Positions 37,811-50,228 of a DNA stretch of 64,000 bases are shown piece after piece. The notes below the pieces were generated by a model that worked only from the letters and a program-made list of their open reading frames with translations, ran no database searches and had not been told where the DNA came from. Location of the stretch: contig CM052830.1 in the NCBI GenBank assembly GCA_028534125.1, forward strand, positions 14,508,001 through 14,572,000, given 5' to 3'. Each line of letters begins with the position of its first letter. Positions within the stretch are counted from its first letter, which is position 1. A program made the translations under genes and the position numbers. This DNA is from Lama glama (Eukaryota).

Positions 37811-39615
37811 GGGCCTGCTTCCTCATCTATAAACCCAAGAAGTCATCCTTGTCTCACTTCCAGGCCGCTGTGAGGGACGTGTGATGTACAGTGTCTGAGC
37901 GTCCACAGTTGAGCGGTCACTAGAGACTTACCAATACACTCTGCCGTTATAGGATTCGATTTTAACCTACACTGCCAACCCACTCTAAAGGTTAAATTGG
38001 AGAGAAGCGGGTCAGGTAGCGCTGTCGGCTGTTTCCGGGTCCTAACAGCTACTCTTATGTCTCAGCTCCATCTAGTGTCCACATTGGGACACAGTCACAT
38101 ATAATGTCTTACTGTAAAATTTCCATACTTGCGAAACATAAAGCACGCATCAGGCAAACAAGACCTAAATATGATCAATTTAAAACATACTTCCCTATAC
38201 TAAGATTTAGTACTTCAAAGCAAGCACTATATAGAGTCAGTGCTTCTAAAGATTCGTGCATCCTTTGAGAGGACAGCAAATTTGTGCAACAAATAATACT
38301 TATTATCATGGACATTTATTGAGTGCTTGGGCTGTGCTGGGCACAATTCTAAGTGCTTTAATTGTGTGAGTTCATTTTACCCTTTACAATGCTCTGAAAC
38401 GGGGGTGGGGGTGCTTAGTGTCTCACTTTATAGATAAGAACACTGGGAGACACGAGAAGTAAAATCTGTCACTCTGCTAAGTTCTGAGAGGAGGTAGAGG
38501 TTCCCTAGTGTGCCAGAGATGAGGAAGGAGCCAGATGGGAAGCCACTGCAAGGCTCACGAGACAGAATGGGGGCTGAGACAGGCATGGGGACTCAGGCTG
38601 GATCTGGGGGGAGGAGGATGGCTGTGCAGAAGGGCTCGCTCTCCAGCTTGAGCAGATCCAGCTAGAGGCCGTGATCCAAGACAGGCCCGACAGTAGTCAG
38701 CAGTTTGAAAATATTTATTGAGCATTTACTACATGCCAGGCACCGGAGATGGTGAATTCACGTAGACAGGCACAGCCCCTGTCCTCGAAGAGTTTAGAGC
38801 CCCATGGGGAAGGCCTGTGGCAAAGGTGATTTAAATGCCAAGAGTCAGAGCAGGAGGAGGGCTGGGGAGGGTGTCATGGAGGCCTCCTACACGGGGAGCG
38901 GGGGTGGAGGCGGGAGAGGACAGGCAGACTGAGAAGGGACAAGGGACAGAACTCACAGTGGGGTCAAAGAATAGAGTGTGTGTAGACCCAAGTAGAAATG
39001 GTAGCTCAGGAAGTTGGGGTCAGAGATGGGATTTCTGAGTAAGATTTCAGAAGACTCACCTTTGACAAGCCCTGGGTGTGGCTGTGGCTGAGGAAGTGGG
39101 TCTGTGGAGGTGGTTGAGGCTGTTTGCTGTTGGATGGGTCAGGCCTGTGAACCCTGCTGGGATGTGGGGAGCGGGGCTGGGGGTAGAAAACTGAGCCCAA
39201 GTCCTTGGTGAGGTGGGGGGAGGGCTAAAGACCGTTCAGGATAGCGTAGTAGGTGGGGAGGAGCATCAGTGGCTGAACCTTCAAAGCGGAGGGGTTTTAG
39301 GGGAGGGCAGGTGCAGGGTCTGGAAGAGGTGCCACTGTGGGAGCAGAATCCTGAGCCCCCTGCCACGATGTCCCATCCTGGGTACCTACAGCCTCAAAGC
39401 AACCGCGCGCCCCTACTTCTTTCTGAACTGCTCTCAGGACTGGGCGCAACGGCACATATTAAGAACACTTGACAAGTGGGGCCAGTGCAGGACCTGCTGA
39501 GCCGAGGATCAGACATCTCTAACTGCAGGCTGAGCTGAGAAAGGCTTTCCACTAATTCATCTCACCTGAGGCTGAAGAAAAACACCAAATGCAGTTACAA
39601 CCTTATTGTGCTGCC

Positions 39616-39621
39616 TTTAAT
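39616..39621 (-). terminator. Candidate poly(A) signal ATTAAA (a second candidate is at 39694-39699)
   Basis: Plus-strand tttaat; downstream on the minus strand is tttggtgtttttcttc, a GU/U-rich element. Confidence 0.55.
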
Positions 39622-41427
39622 TAGGAAAGATGTAAAATGATGCATTATAAAACTTGGAAGCTACTTTATACAAATTCCAATCTTTAAATATTGTTTAATG
39701 AAGGACTTGGGAACTAGGACACTGGCGGGAAGTCTGATTAGTTACCGTGATGGTTCCATCATGAAGCAGTGGAAGAAACACGCTTGGAACCATCTGTGCA
39801 TGGATCAGAAGAGCCGATGAGAGTCGGAATTGGAAATGTCTTCAAATATGCAAATGGACTGGAATACACAACATTTCAGCTCAGGTAATATACAGTAGAC
39901 TTAGGAGAAATGAAACAGGACAAAGGAGAATTCATGTTGATCTTGACATAAACAAGAAAAGCTTATGTCCTAAAAACCACAACCATACAGAAGGAACAAA
40001 ATAGAAAAAAAGGTTTTAGTTCTATGCTGTTTAACTGCTGGTAAATGAGAGTAGTACAACCATCGATTTCTTGTGAAAAACTAAGTATTGAAAAATAGTT
40101 TACTCTGAAGTCTGCAGCCACTTCAGATGCCGAGGACCACGCCTGGTTTGTTACAAAGGCAGCAGTGAGGGCAGATGTACCCACCGAAGGTCAGGCAGAC
40201 ACCTGCCTGCGGGTGTCCTTGACACCCTGTAATCAAAGTGGGTTGTATAATGCCCAAAACCTTTTCACAGGAAAAGATCGGACTGATGGACCTAAGGACA
40301 AATTTAATTCAGTGCTAAACCTTACTGTCATCATTATACTCCCCGAAACAAGCCACTTTTCCTGGGAGCCTCCATTTCCACGAGTCACCTGGCGAATGAA
40401 GGCGGGAGTACACATTGTCCTGTAGGTCTCAGGGTCTCCAGCTGTAAGGCAGGGCTGCTGTGCAGACAGAAAGAGCTGGGACCCCGACAGCAATAATCTC
40501 CATGGGTAAGGCACTGTGTAAAGAGCAGATTATGCTGGGACCTCCATTTTTCAAAAAAAAAAAAAAAACTTACAACATCAGCACTCCTCCCTATCTGAAT
40601 GGCCAGATCAGATTTTGGGGGCCCTTGACTCAGGAGAGGCAGCAAGGATCTGGCTTCTTTCGGCACACCAGGGTGCTGTGTACAACGAAAGGCCCTTTTA
40701 CTTTAACAAAAAGTTACTGCCCTCTGAGATCTCAAATATAAAGGGAGCTGGAAGTTTAACTGGGACTAAGGCTTCTAAGGGGAGGCCAATTGCCCCTTCC
40801 TGAGCCTAAGCTCAGGCAAGGAGGGCTCCGGCTTGACTTCCTAATTCAACAGTGGGGGTTCAGGGCAAATGAGAATTGGGAAGACTTGGGTTTCTCAGTG
40901 AAGATATGCACCATTGGGATTATTTGAAAGATGGGAAGGAGGGAATCCCCCTGAGGACAGAAGGAAATAGGACAAGGTCTGGAGAGGTTAACAGCCAGGA
41001 TTCTGTGACAGGCTCCTCCTGCCACCAGGTACACGTGTCAGATTCAGACCCACACAGTGCAGCCTGGCTTCTTTGGGTGGGAGTGGCCGTTAGTGACACT
41101 CCTGGTGTCTCCAGGAAGGGCAGTAGCCACTTTGTCTGGGCAAAGGTTTTGGCATCTCTCTCTCCTTCAGTGTTCCTGTCCTCCCAAGTATGTATTCGGC
41201 CCCACTGGGCAGACCCCTCCAGAGGGGCCTCAAACCCACCAGTCAGGTCTCTGGTCAGGGATGGCCTAGACTAAGTCAGAGGAGGCAGGCAGTGGTGGAA
41301 ATATAGTGATACTATTATGCGAAGATACTGATGCTTAATGATGGCTTCATAAATTAGGCCTTCATTTTATTATATACTATATCTTCAACCTCAGAGAATG
41401 AATCTCTTTTTAAAGCAATTGAGAGCA

Positions 41428-41557
41428 GGGGGAGGGTATAGCTCAAGTGGTAGAGTACATGCTTAGCATGCACAGGGTCCTGTTCACTCCCCAGTACCAC
41501 CTCTTAAAACAGATAAACCTAATTCCCTCCTCCCCTCAAAAAAAATTTAAAAAAACA
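41428..41557 (+). mobile_element. Vic-1-like SINE inside the CRTC3 3'UTR (antisense to the mRNA)
   Basis: TSD aaagcaattgagagca (41412-41427) / aaagcaattgaaagta (41558-41573). Confidence 0.9.
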
Positions 41558-43008
41558 AAAGCAATTGAAAGTAAAACCTGGGTCTGAGAGGGAAGATTTT
41601 TGCGGGGGCCAGGACCTCTGAGGTCCCAGCATGTAGGAGGCCTCAGTTGGCTCAGCCATTCTGGACGCATTGCAAAGACAGATGTCACCTCCCTGCACAC
41701 CCTTGAGGAGAACAGGGCGCAGTCTACTCGTGGATTTGGTCATCTAGTGTTAAAAGCATATTAAAGTGCATGCTTAACTGAACCACAGGCACAAGTGTTA
41801 GAAAAGCTGAAACTCTGAGAACATCTGGTGAGGAACAGGGATAGTTGGAGATTAGACTGCCCCACAGCAAGGCAGATTCATTCGTTCACGCACGCACTCA
41901 CTCACTCACGCGTGTGTGCATCCAACGCACACTTCTGCAGCACCTGCTCCGTGCCAGGCACTTGTTAGGTATTAGGGGTTCAACGATGACTGAGGCACAG
42001 TCCCTGCCCTCAAGGAGCTTACGGTCTAGAGGGTTACATTAACACTCCCGTTCCACAGAGAATCCACCTCCCTCTGCTGCTCCTCGGCTGCCGGGTGGGC
42101 CGGAGTCAGACCTCAGCCATTCCCTCCAGCTGGTCTGGAGGGAGGGAGGCCTGTATTGTCTGGCGCTTGTCTGGAGGATGTCACGTGTTTGTGAGATACC
42201 TACAGCCCCCTTCTTTCTTCCCCAGCCACCAAGAAGGAGCACTGTTCTCTTCAGTCTCATCCATTACCAGGGGATTTCTTATTTCAGTGACTGAATAAAA
42301 TAGTCTTCCCTTTCCTCTCATCCATAGGAAAAGGTGTACTGAAGCAGCAGAAAAGAGATTACAAACTGGGAGAAAACAAATTAGCATTCAGTTTGCTTCA
42401 CGCAAGTCTGTTCTTGGACGTGTGGTAAAAATTCTTCTTCATGTGAGAACTGAGGCTCCGAGAGAGCCCTGGCCCTCTGCTCCGCCCTGCTACATCCTGG
42501 TGCTGCGAGGCACAGCGGCTGGATCAGAGAAGGCGTCCTGGGGCTGTGGTACCGTTTCTGGAAGCTGAAACTGACTCCCAAAGGCCTAACTGCCCCCAAC
42601 TCCGGGTCCTTCCTTCAGTGTTGACTGAGATCAGTGGTTCTGAGCACGACACGATTCCACTGGGGCCTCCTGTTACATATTTTCTACTTTACACATCGAC
42701 CGACTAGATGGCCAATGAAAAGATGTAATGGTGGTGGTGATGGCTGATTCATCGGAGGCCCCAGAGCAGCTTGCCTGCAGCAACGGGACCTGCGCCGCAG
42801 GCCTGAGGGGCGGTGCCCAGCTCTGTGGTCTCGAATAAGCCACCGTGTGTGAGATGGGGCCTTGTCTGAAAGCTGGGAGCCAAGGAATTGGTTCCTTCCA
42901 TGTCACAAGCCAGAGATAACTAAAGCTCAGGGGTGTAGCTGGCTCCACGCTATTCCATTCTATTTTAGCTATTTCAGAAATAAGTTCTCCTGTTCCGTTC
43001 CATTCTGT

Positions 43009-43217
43009 TCACAGTCGGTCAGCTCGGAAGGTCTCTTCAACAGAGGGGTCAAGCAGGCCCATGCTGGAATCACTTAACATGTTGAGTCCGTCCAGGCTCA
43101 GGGGTTCAATTTGGAGCTCTTCTTCCAATGGAAACGGAGTGTCCACGTTCAGGCTGACCTCAGGCATGCCGGCCAGAGCACTGCTGAGGTCTTTGAATAG
43201 GCTGGTGCTCGAGTCTT
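43009..43217 (-). CDS. CRTC3: CRTC3 exon 15 coding part (209 nt), C-terminal transactivation domain, TGA stop
   Basis: ctttctag|AAGACTCG...; encodes DSSTSLFKDLSSALAGMPEVSLNVDTPFPLEEELQIEPLSLDGLNMLSDSSMGLLDPSVEETFRADRL*. Confidence 0.97.
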
Positions 43218-43684
43218 CTAGAAAGAGCAGTGAGAGGGGAAAACAGTGCTGATTAGGAGGCGTGAGGGCCCAGGCCACTAAAAGGGCATAACTAATGACA
43301 ACCCTCAAAACGCTGTTCCTGTCATCTTCCCATCCAGGATGGTCATCACCCGTGTCCCAACCACTCCAGGCCTACAGTTTCACTCTGGAATCTATGTTCT
43401 TTGCAGTCGGTTCCACGACTCCCAGTTTGGCAGGTTTTCTCCCTTTGAATAGCTGTCAATCACCAGAAACTAAGTAGATCAGAAAAGGCCTGGCTTATCT
43501 GGCCCTTTCCCTGCGGCCTCACAGCCTCTGGGGCTGGACACCCGCATCTCACAAAGGTCAAGTTGAGCTGGAAGGCATTCATCTTTTGCTTTATATAATG
43601 TTATATTGTTTAAACTGTCTTACAGCAGTATCTGTAGAAACACAGCAAAATAAAAAGAGAAGCGGAGGGGTGGCTCACACTCAC

Positions 43685-43787
43685 CTGTCAGGATGGCGCT
43701 TGGGAAATTCCCGCAATTGGAATACAGGTTTGGTCTCAAATGAAAGGAGTCCTGTGGTTCTCGGGGGCCCTGCTGCACCAGGGGCAC
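43685..43787 (-). CDS. CRTC3: CRTC3 exon 14 (103 nt)
   Basis: cttccag|GTGCCC...CTGACAG|gtgagt; encodes VPLVQQGPREPQDSFHLRPNLYSNCGNFPSAILT(E). Confidence 0.95.
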
Positions 43788-44510
43788 CTGGAAGCATCAA
43801 AGCTCATGCTGTAAGGAACGACCCCCGCTTCCAAGGAGAGGATAGTGCAGTGTGCTCCCAGAGCAAAACCAGACATGAAAACTGTCTTCTGGTCCCTTCT
43901 CTCCAGGATCCCAGAGTGCTTTGCTGCTGCAACAGCCTACACAGAACGTTATTTTCAGGCCGGGGGATGCTGGGGTGGAGGAAGGGTTCCTGAGGGCCAC
44001 TGTGGGTGACTCGTCCCCGTTCGCACACTGCCCGGCCCACCATGCCATCCCAGGAGACACTACTGGTTTCTTCGGGCCCTCTAGTCTCAGCCATCACCCT
44101 CCTCAGCACACCGAGGCCTTTGGAAACCACCAGCTGTGGGAACCCTTCAAAGGCTCCATCTGTTACCAAGAAAGTGATGGGTTCTTTTCCTCTTTGGTTT
44201 CTAGAAAAACGAGGAGGTGGGACCATTTCCTTCTCTCACTCAGAGGGAGGAACCACAGGCAAGCTCCTCTCTGTGAGAAAGCCTCGGTAAGGATGGTTTA
44301 GAACTTGGGCCCATTTTAGGTGGCTTTCCTGAAATTAATTTTCAAGCTATTTTTTTAAATCTTTCAAAAGTATTTGAATTTCCGTCATTTTTCAGAGAGA
44401 CACTGACTTACCTAGACTCAAATGGCTTCTTCAGAAAATGGGGAGGCAGGGACTATTGCTTACCACAAGGTTTCCTCACGGCCTAATCAGGAAATACCTG
44501 TCTTTATTTA

Positions 44511-44514
<4 letters not shown>

Positions 44515-44560
<46 letters not shown>
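44515..44560. repeat. (TAT)~15 microsatellite in CRTC3 intron 13
   Basis: Read directly from the sequence. Confidence 0.95.
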
Positions 44561-44563
<3 letters not shown>

Positions 44564-45126
44564 TTCTGGAAAATTGCTCTTCTTCTCTCCTTAGTACATC
44601 CTGGAGCCCAAACCACAATTACTGAATACTGTAAAATCTAGGGATATTAAAAATGGTCAGTATTAGGAAGCAACTAAAAACCAAAAGAAAATGGCTGAAT
44701 GAAAGTATCCTCGGGAAGGAACCCCCGCTCCTGGCCAGGATGAGCTCCCAGGAGGCCACACACTGTGCAGGGCACAGCAGCTCGGGCAGAGGCAAGGCCC
44801 CTCCCTGTGTCTCAGTCTCCTCATGTGACAGATTCATAGATGGCTATGCCTCCTCCCAGTATGAATAATCCACAATTCTATGGCTAGAGTGTCACACACA
44901 AGTCTTCCTTTGCTTGTTCAAACAGGTCCTCTGCCTAGGCCTGACATTAGATAAGGCAGCCAGCCCCAGCATTCCAGGGCTCAGGCCACGCCAGGCTCTA
45001 GGCACCGAGCACATCTGCGGTCAGAGAAGTGGAGGACCAAGTCTGGGGGGCATGGGTTCCCTGGGTGGAGCAGACCGACTGCGGCATCCCCACCCTGAAG
45101 CAGAGGCAGGCTGGGCGATCACTCAC

Positions 45127-45207
45127 CTGCTGAGGAAAGGCTGGGCCTGGCCTCATGGACTGCTGGTCAAAGCTCACATCTGGGAAGAAGCTGGTCAAAG
45201 ATGAGCC
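45127..45207 (-). CDS. CRTC3: CRTC3 exon 13 (81 nt)
   Basis: ccttgaag|GGCTCATCT...CAGCAG|gtgagt; encodes GSSLTSFFPDVSFDQQSMRPGPAFPQQ. It is preceded by a short 88-nt intron. Confidence 0.95.
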
Positions 45208-45295
45208 CTTCAAGGAACAAGGAGTGGACCGTTTAGCTTGGAACTCGGGGCAACATGAGCGTTCCCTCCTGACCAGTGTTCCTGGTAGGACTCAC

Positions 45296-45496
45296 CTGGG
45301 CTGTGAGGAGCTGGAAGTCTGACTGCGGCAGCGATGAAGCTGCCTGGGGCTGTTGAGCAGGGGGCTCCTGGGTGCAGGGCTGCTGCAGCAGAGGCTGGGG
45401 GAGGTCCTGGGGCGTGGGGTACGGGGGCGGAGGGGACACCTGCGCTTGAGCTTCTGCGGGCAGGAAGGAGAGCGGGCTTCGATCTGAGGACACCAT
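45296..45496 (-). CDS. CRTC3: CRTC3 exon 12 (201 nt)
   Basis: tttttcag|ATGGTGTCC...GCCCAG|gtgagt; encodes MVSSDRSPLSFLPAEAQAQVSPPPPYP...SDFQLLTAQ. Confidence 0.96.
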
Positions 45497-46964
45497 CTGA
45501 AAAACAAAGCCACTGACTACTTAGCTTCTGAGTTTCTAGTTTCTAAGTCCTTTATGATTAGGGAATGTCAAAGTGAGGAAAAACCCTGAGATTTTTTCCC
45601 CACCCTGGTATTCTGCACTATGCTCTGAGAAGCCTGCTTCTGTTCTTTCAAAATATATTTTAAATCTCACCTCCCCACAAAGCATTTTCCATTCAATGAC
45701 AATTTCTATTGTCTTGAAAAGACAAACAAAACAAAACACAGCCAATTTAACCAGTTTCCTCTCAGTTTTCTCAGTGAAAATTGTGTTTGTTTTTTAAAGC
45801 CATAACTTCTGGTTAAAAATGGAAAACTGAATAAAGCATTTAGCTCTGCTGTCTCCCAAGACTCTACTAAGACCCCAAAATAACATTTAACAACAATAAA
45901 CAACACTAAAACAATAATAAATAACACTAAAATGATAATAAACAACACAGGGACAAAGAAAGTGGGAGAAGAAAATAGCAAGACGATTTGGAAAAAGAAA
46001 AGCAGATGGACAAGTAGGAACTGGCTGAGCAGAGCTGAGAAAGCCAAATGCTAAGCTGGCAGCCGGGGGAGAATCTAGAGGCAATCTGCCTGACATCACA
46101 GCATCCCTAGCGGGGCCCGGAACTGCGGCAGCAAGCAGCAGTGGGTGAAGGTGCAGCTACCCGGAGGATGCGGATGAAGCTGACGTGGGCAGTGGTTAGG
46201 CTTCAGAGCCCCTGCCTGGCGGGAGACTGGGGGCTGCACTCTGGAAAGAGTACAGCGCAGGGTCTTCGCACAGGCTGCACCAGACCCTAGAAGGTGGGGC
46301 ACCACCGAAAACAGGGTTTATGAGAAAGCTCACTATCAAATCTTGAGCCTTCCGCCTTTCTTTCCCAGCTCAGCTCTCAGAGTGCTGGAATCCAGGCAAG
46401 AGCCGGGCGCAAGATCAGGAGAGTGTCCTTTGGGGATCTGACCAGCCTAGGAGAAAATCCAACTTACGACACCAGAGGTTCCCCAAGAAAATGGCTGAGT
46501 TAGATCACTCTACAATGAAGACCATATTCAACAAGCCCATCCATCTATACAGAGCTTCCAGCCAGTTTGTGTGTGTCCTGTTCTTAAATAGGAGTACGGT
46601 GCCAAGGATCACCAGCCCATGAAGAAAGCATCTGAATGACAGTCAGAGACCCAAGCAGACAAACAGAGAAAAGAAACTTGGAGAAATCTATGGAGGAAGA
46701 AGTAGTCATGAAAAACAAAATTATCATTATAATATATAGGGCTGTTAAAAATCCTTATCTGTTAGAAATACATATTAAAATATTTGTAATACATATCTCA
46801 ATATACATTTTTATGAAGTAGGTATATGGGTGAAACAAGATTACAAAAATGTTGACAGTTGTTGATGAGAAATCATGGGTACAGAAGGATTCATTATCTT
46901 ATGTTCTGTACTTCCACGCAATTTGGAAAATTTCTATTACAAAAAATAAATGTAAAAGAAACCA

Positions 46965-47100
46965 GGGGGGAGGATATAGCTCAGCGGTAGAGTGCCATGC
47001 TTAGTATGCATGAGTTCCTGGGTTCAATCCCCAGTGCCTCCATCAAAAAATAAGTAAGTAAATAAACCTAATTACCTCCCCACCTGAAAAAAAAATAAAA
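46965..47100 (+). mobile_element. Vic-1-like SINE (intron 11)
   Basis: ggggggaggatatagctcagcggtagag...gggttcaatccccagtgcctcc, followed by an A-rich tail. Confidence 0.9.
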
Positions 47101-48255
47101 ACAAAAACCAGAACAAAAATTACCACCAAAAACCTCAGAGAGGTAAAAGATGATGTTGCATCCATGGAATAAGTATGATGTTATAAAAAAGGGAACATTC
47201 AGAGAAGAAGAAGAAAATTATTGGCTATTTAAAAGTATGAGAACAAAAATGAAAACCTCAACATAAGGTTTGGAAGATAATGTTGAGAAACTCTTCCGGA
47301 AAGCAGAGAAAAAAGACAAAGAGAGAAAAGAGGAGAGAAAAAAATTGGATGTCAGAGGAAAAGTACAGATGTGCAACAGTCATACAATAGGAGTGCAGGA
47401 GGAAAAAGAGACAACTAAAAGGAAGAAATCATCAAAAAAGTGATTATGGAAAATCTTCCAGAAATGAAGGAGATGAGTTTCCAGATTGAAGACACCCACC
47501 ATCCAGCCAGACTCCTATCAAGCCACATTATCTTAAGTTTCAGAATACTAGGGACAAAAAGAAGATCCTACAAGTCTCTCGAGGCAAAAAAGGGGATTTC
47601 ATTCAAAGTCTGATGAATCAGAATGATACTGGATTTCTCAGGAGCAACTCTAGAAAGTAAAAAGCAATGGATTAATACCTTCAAAATTTCAGGAGAAAAT
47701 TATTTCAAGTTTGAATTCTATACTTAGCCAATTATTCATTAAATGGTGGGTAGAATGAAGGCACATTTAAGTCATACCAGGTCACACATACTCTTTTTGT
47801 AAAGCTATTGGAAGATTAGTTTTTAATTGTATTGAAAGATCTACCCAATGCAGAGACTTTGGGATTGAATAAATAAAATACACAAAGAAAACCAGACCAA
47901 GAGAAAAGTAAGACATTTATTAACTCCCAGAAGAAAACAAATGCTCATTTTGTTATTTTATAGTAAACTACATGGTTCCACTCTGGTTGCATTATTATAA
48001 CCATGAAAACACCAAACACTGAGTATTGCTCTAATCAAAATTATAACAAATCACCCTGTGAGGATGAGGAGGGTAAGTAGGAAATATGTGTGTGCAGTGT
48101 GGAGTGAGAGGCTTGAGAGACTTGAAAGAACTAAATCCTAATCTTCCATGGTAGGATGTCATTAGATAATCCCTAACACTAAAAATCTAGAGCAAAATAA
48201 TAAAATAACACCATTATACCAGACTGCCTAAAATGGTTGAAAACGGCCATCTCCA

Positions 48256-49045
48256 ATGCAGTTTGGTGCAGCCACTGTGGAAAACAGTATGAAGACTCCT
48301 CCAAAGACTAGGAACAGACTTACCATATGATCCAGGAATCCCGCTCCTGGGCATATATCCAGAAGGAACCCTACTTCAAAANNNNNNNNNNNNNNNNNNN
48401 NNNNNNNNNNNNNNNNNNNNNNNNNNNNNNNNNNNNNNNNNNNNNNNNNNNNNNNNNNNNNNNNNNNNNNNNNNNNNNNNNNNNNNNNNNNNNNNNNNNN
48501 NNNNNNNNNNNNNNNNNNNNNNNNNNNNNNNNNNNNNNTTGCAGCAACATGGATGTCCCTGGAGAATGTCATTCTAAGTGAAGTAAGCCAGAAAGAGAAA
48601 GAAAAATACCATATGAGATCACTCATCTGTGGAATCTAAACAACAACAACAACAACAAAAAAAACCCCAAAATCAAAAAGAACATAAATATAAAACAGAA
48701 ACAGACTCATAGACATAGAGTACAAACTTGTGGTTGCCAAGGGGAAGTAGGGTGGGAAGGGATAGACTGGGAGTTCAAAATTTGTAGATACTGACAGGCA
48801 TATGTAGAATAGATAAACAAGATTATACTATATAGCACAGGAAAATATATACAAGATCCTGTGGTAGCACACAGTGAAAAAAATGTGACAATGAATATAT
48901 GTATGTTCATGTATAACTGAAAAATTGTGCTTTATGCTGGAATTTGACACAACATTGTAAAATGACTATAACTCAATAAAAAAATGTTTAAGAAAAAGAA
49001 AAAAAGAAAAAAGAAAGAAAAAAAAGAAAAAAAGAAAAAAAAAAA
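48256..49045 (+). mobile_element. Young camelid L1, 5'-truncated, with a long A-rich tail
   Basis: 17-bp TSD gaaaacggccatctcca (48239-48255) / gaaaatggccatctcca (49046-49062); ORF2 end plus 3'UTR; contains an assembly gap. Confidence 0.92.
48382..48538. other. Assembly gap
   Basis: Run of N. Confidence 1.
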
Positions 49046-50228
49046 GAAAATGGCCATCTCCAGGCAATGAGAAATATGGCTGGTGGCGGCTAGTGGGGGA
49101 GGAGAATACCATTGTTGTTTCATAACAAGCCCTTTAGAACCATTTGACTTTTTTAAACTATGTGCACGAATAACACTTTTTAAAAAAAAAATCTAAATAT
49201 TAAGCAAACAAAAGATGAGAACATCTGAAGGAGATGCTCTCTGTCCCTCCAGAGGGACGTAGCTGGAAAGCAAGAGTGATTTTTTTATACCCTATAAAAT
49301 AATCTTGCAAAATAGAATTAAAGGCAACCCAATAACGTAAAAAGAACCATTAAAAAAACAATTATGAAATACGCCCTGACCTTCTCCCAAAAGGGATTAC
49401 TCACATAATAAAGATCCCGCAGCTAGTAATTGGTACAGAGTGACTAATGACTGGGTCTGCTAACTCCTTCCGCTGTATTCTGTCAACTTCTTGCTAAATC
49501 GTTACTCATTTACAGTGAAGTGATGAGTAAACGATGTTATAATGTATTTAGGGCGTGACCAACAGGTTGAAAACATATTCACTGGTGACTGTGGTAAGGA
49601 GAACCACCCTAAGATCTTAGAATAGAAACAAAGTCAACAAGTCAGAATATGACGTTTCCACCCTAAATTTCTATAAAAGGCTTCTGACTTCAAAATGTGC
49701 CTCTTTCTGAACAGACTTCTTCCAGTCCTTTTATAGAGATATGATCCTATCATACCTAGTACTTCATCAGCAAGAGAAGCATTGCTTCTTAAACCTGTCG
49801 TTATAATTAGGAAAGAGGTCTAATCCAGTATCGAAGTTTCAGGAAGGTATTTAAATGTCTTCTTTGGCTTTCCTCTGTGACTTAAAGTACTCATACAGTC
49901 AAGTATTGATTTTCCATACCAGATTAAAAATCCCGACCTGGCTTCCCCAAACTCTCTTAGATAGACCTGGATTGTGTTCCTCAACACCCTACTCTGTCCT
50001 CCAACCCAAACTTCATGAGTTAGTGACTGCAAACTGTTCAGTGCTTGCTTAAGAGTAATCAACACAACAAATGTTATTAGAAAATCATTAGTGCATTCTG
50101 AATTATTCGATTTTGCATATAAGTGAGAACTGACTGCACTGGAGACCTCACGGACAACGCTTGGTGTGAGGACCTAATCCGACTCCTATATGCTTCAGTC
50201 TGTTTCACTGTGAGTTTGTGGCTTTTAC

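Larger units (their letters stand above)
39595..43008 (-). other. CRTC3: CRTC3 3'UTR (approximate end)
   Basis: Follows the stop codon. The end is inferred from ATTAAA hexamers and a downstream GU/U-rich tract. Confidence 0.65.
45950..49190 (+). mobile_element. Old HAL1/L1M-type LINE remnant in intron 11, hosting younger insertions
   Basis: ORF1-like segment at 47150-47780 and a HAL1-like 3' end (aacaagccctttagaaccatttgacttttttaaactatgtg). Confidence 0.55.

Noticed and set aside
37416-37832. G/A/R/P-rich ORFs on both strands
   Set aside because: A by-product of CpG-island composition, which lacks stop codons.
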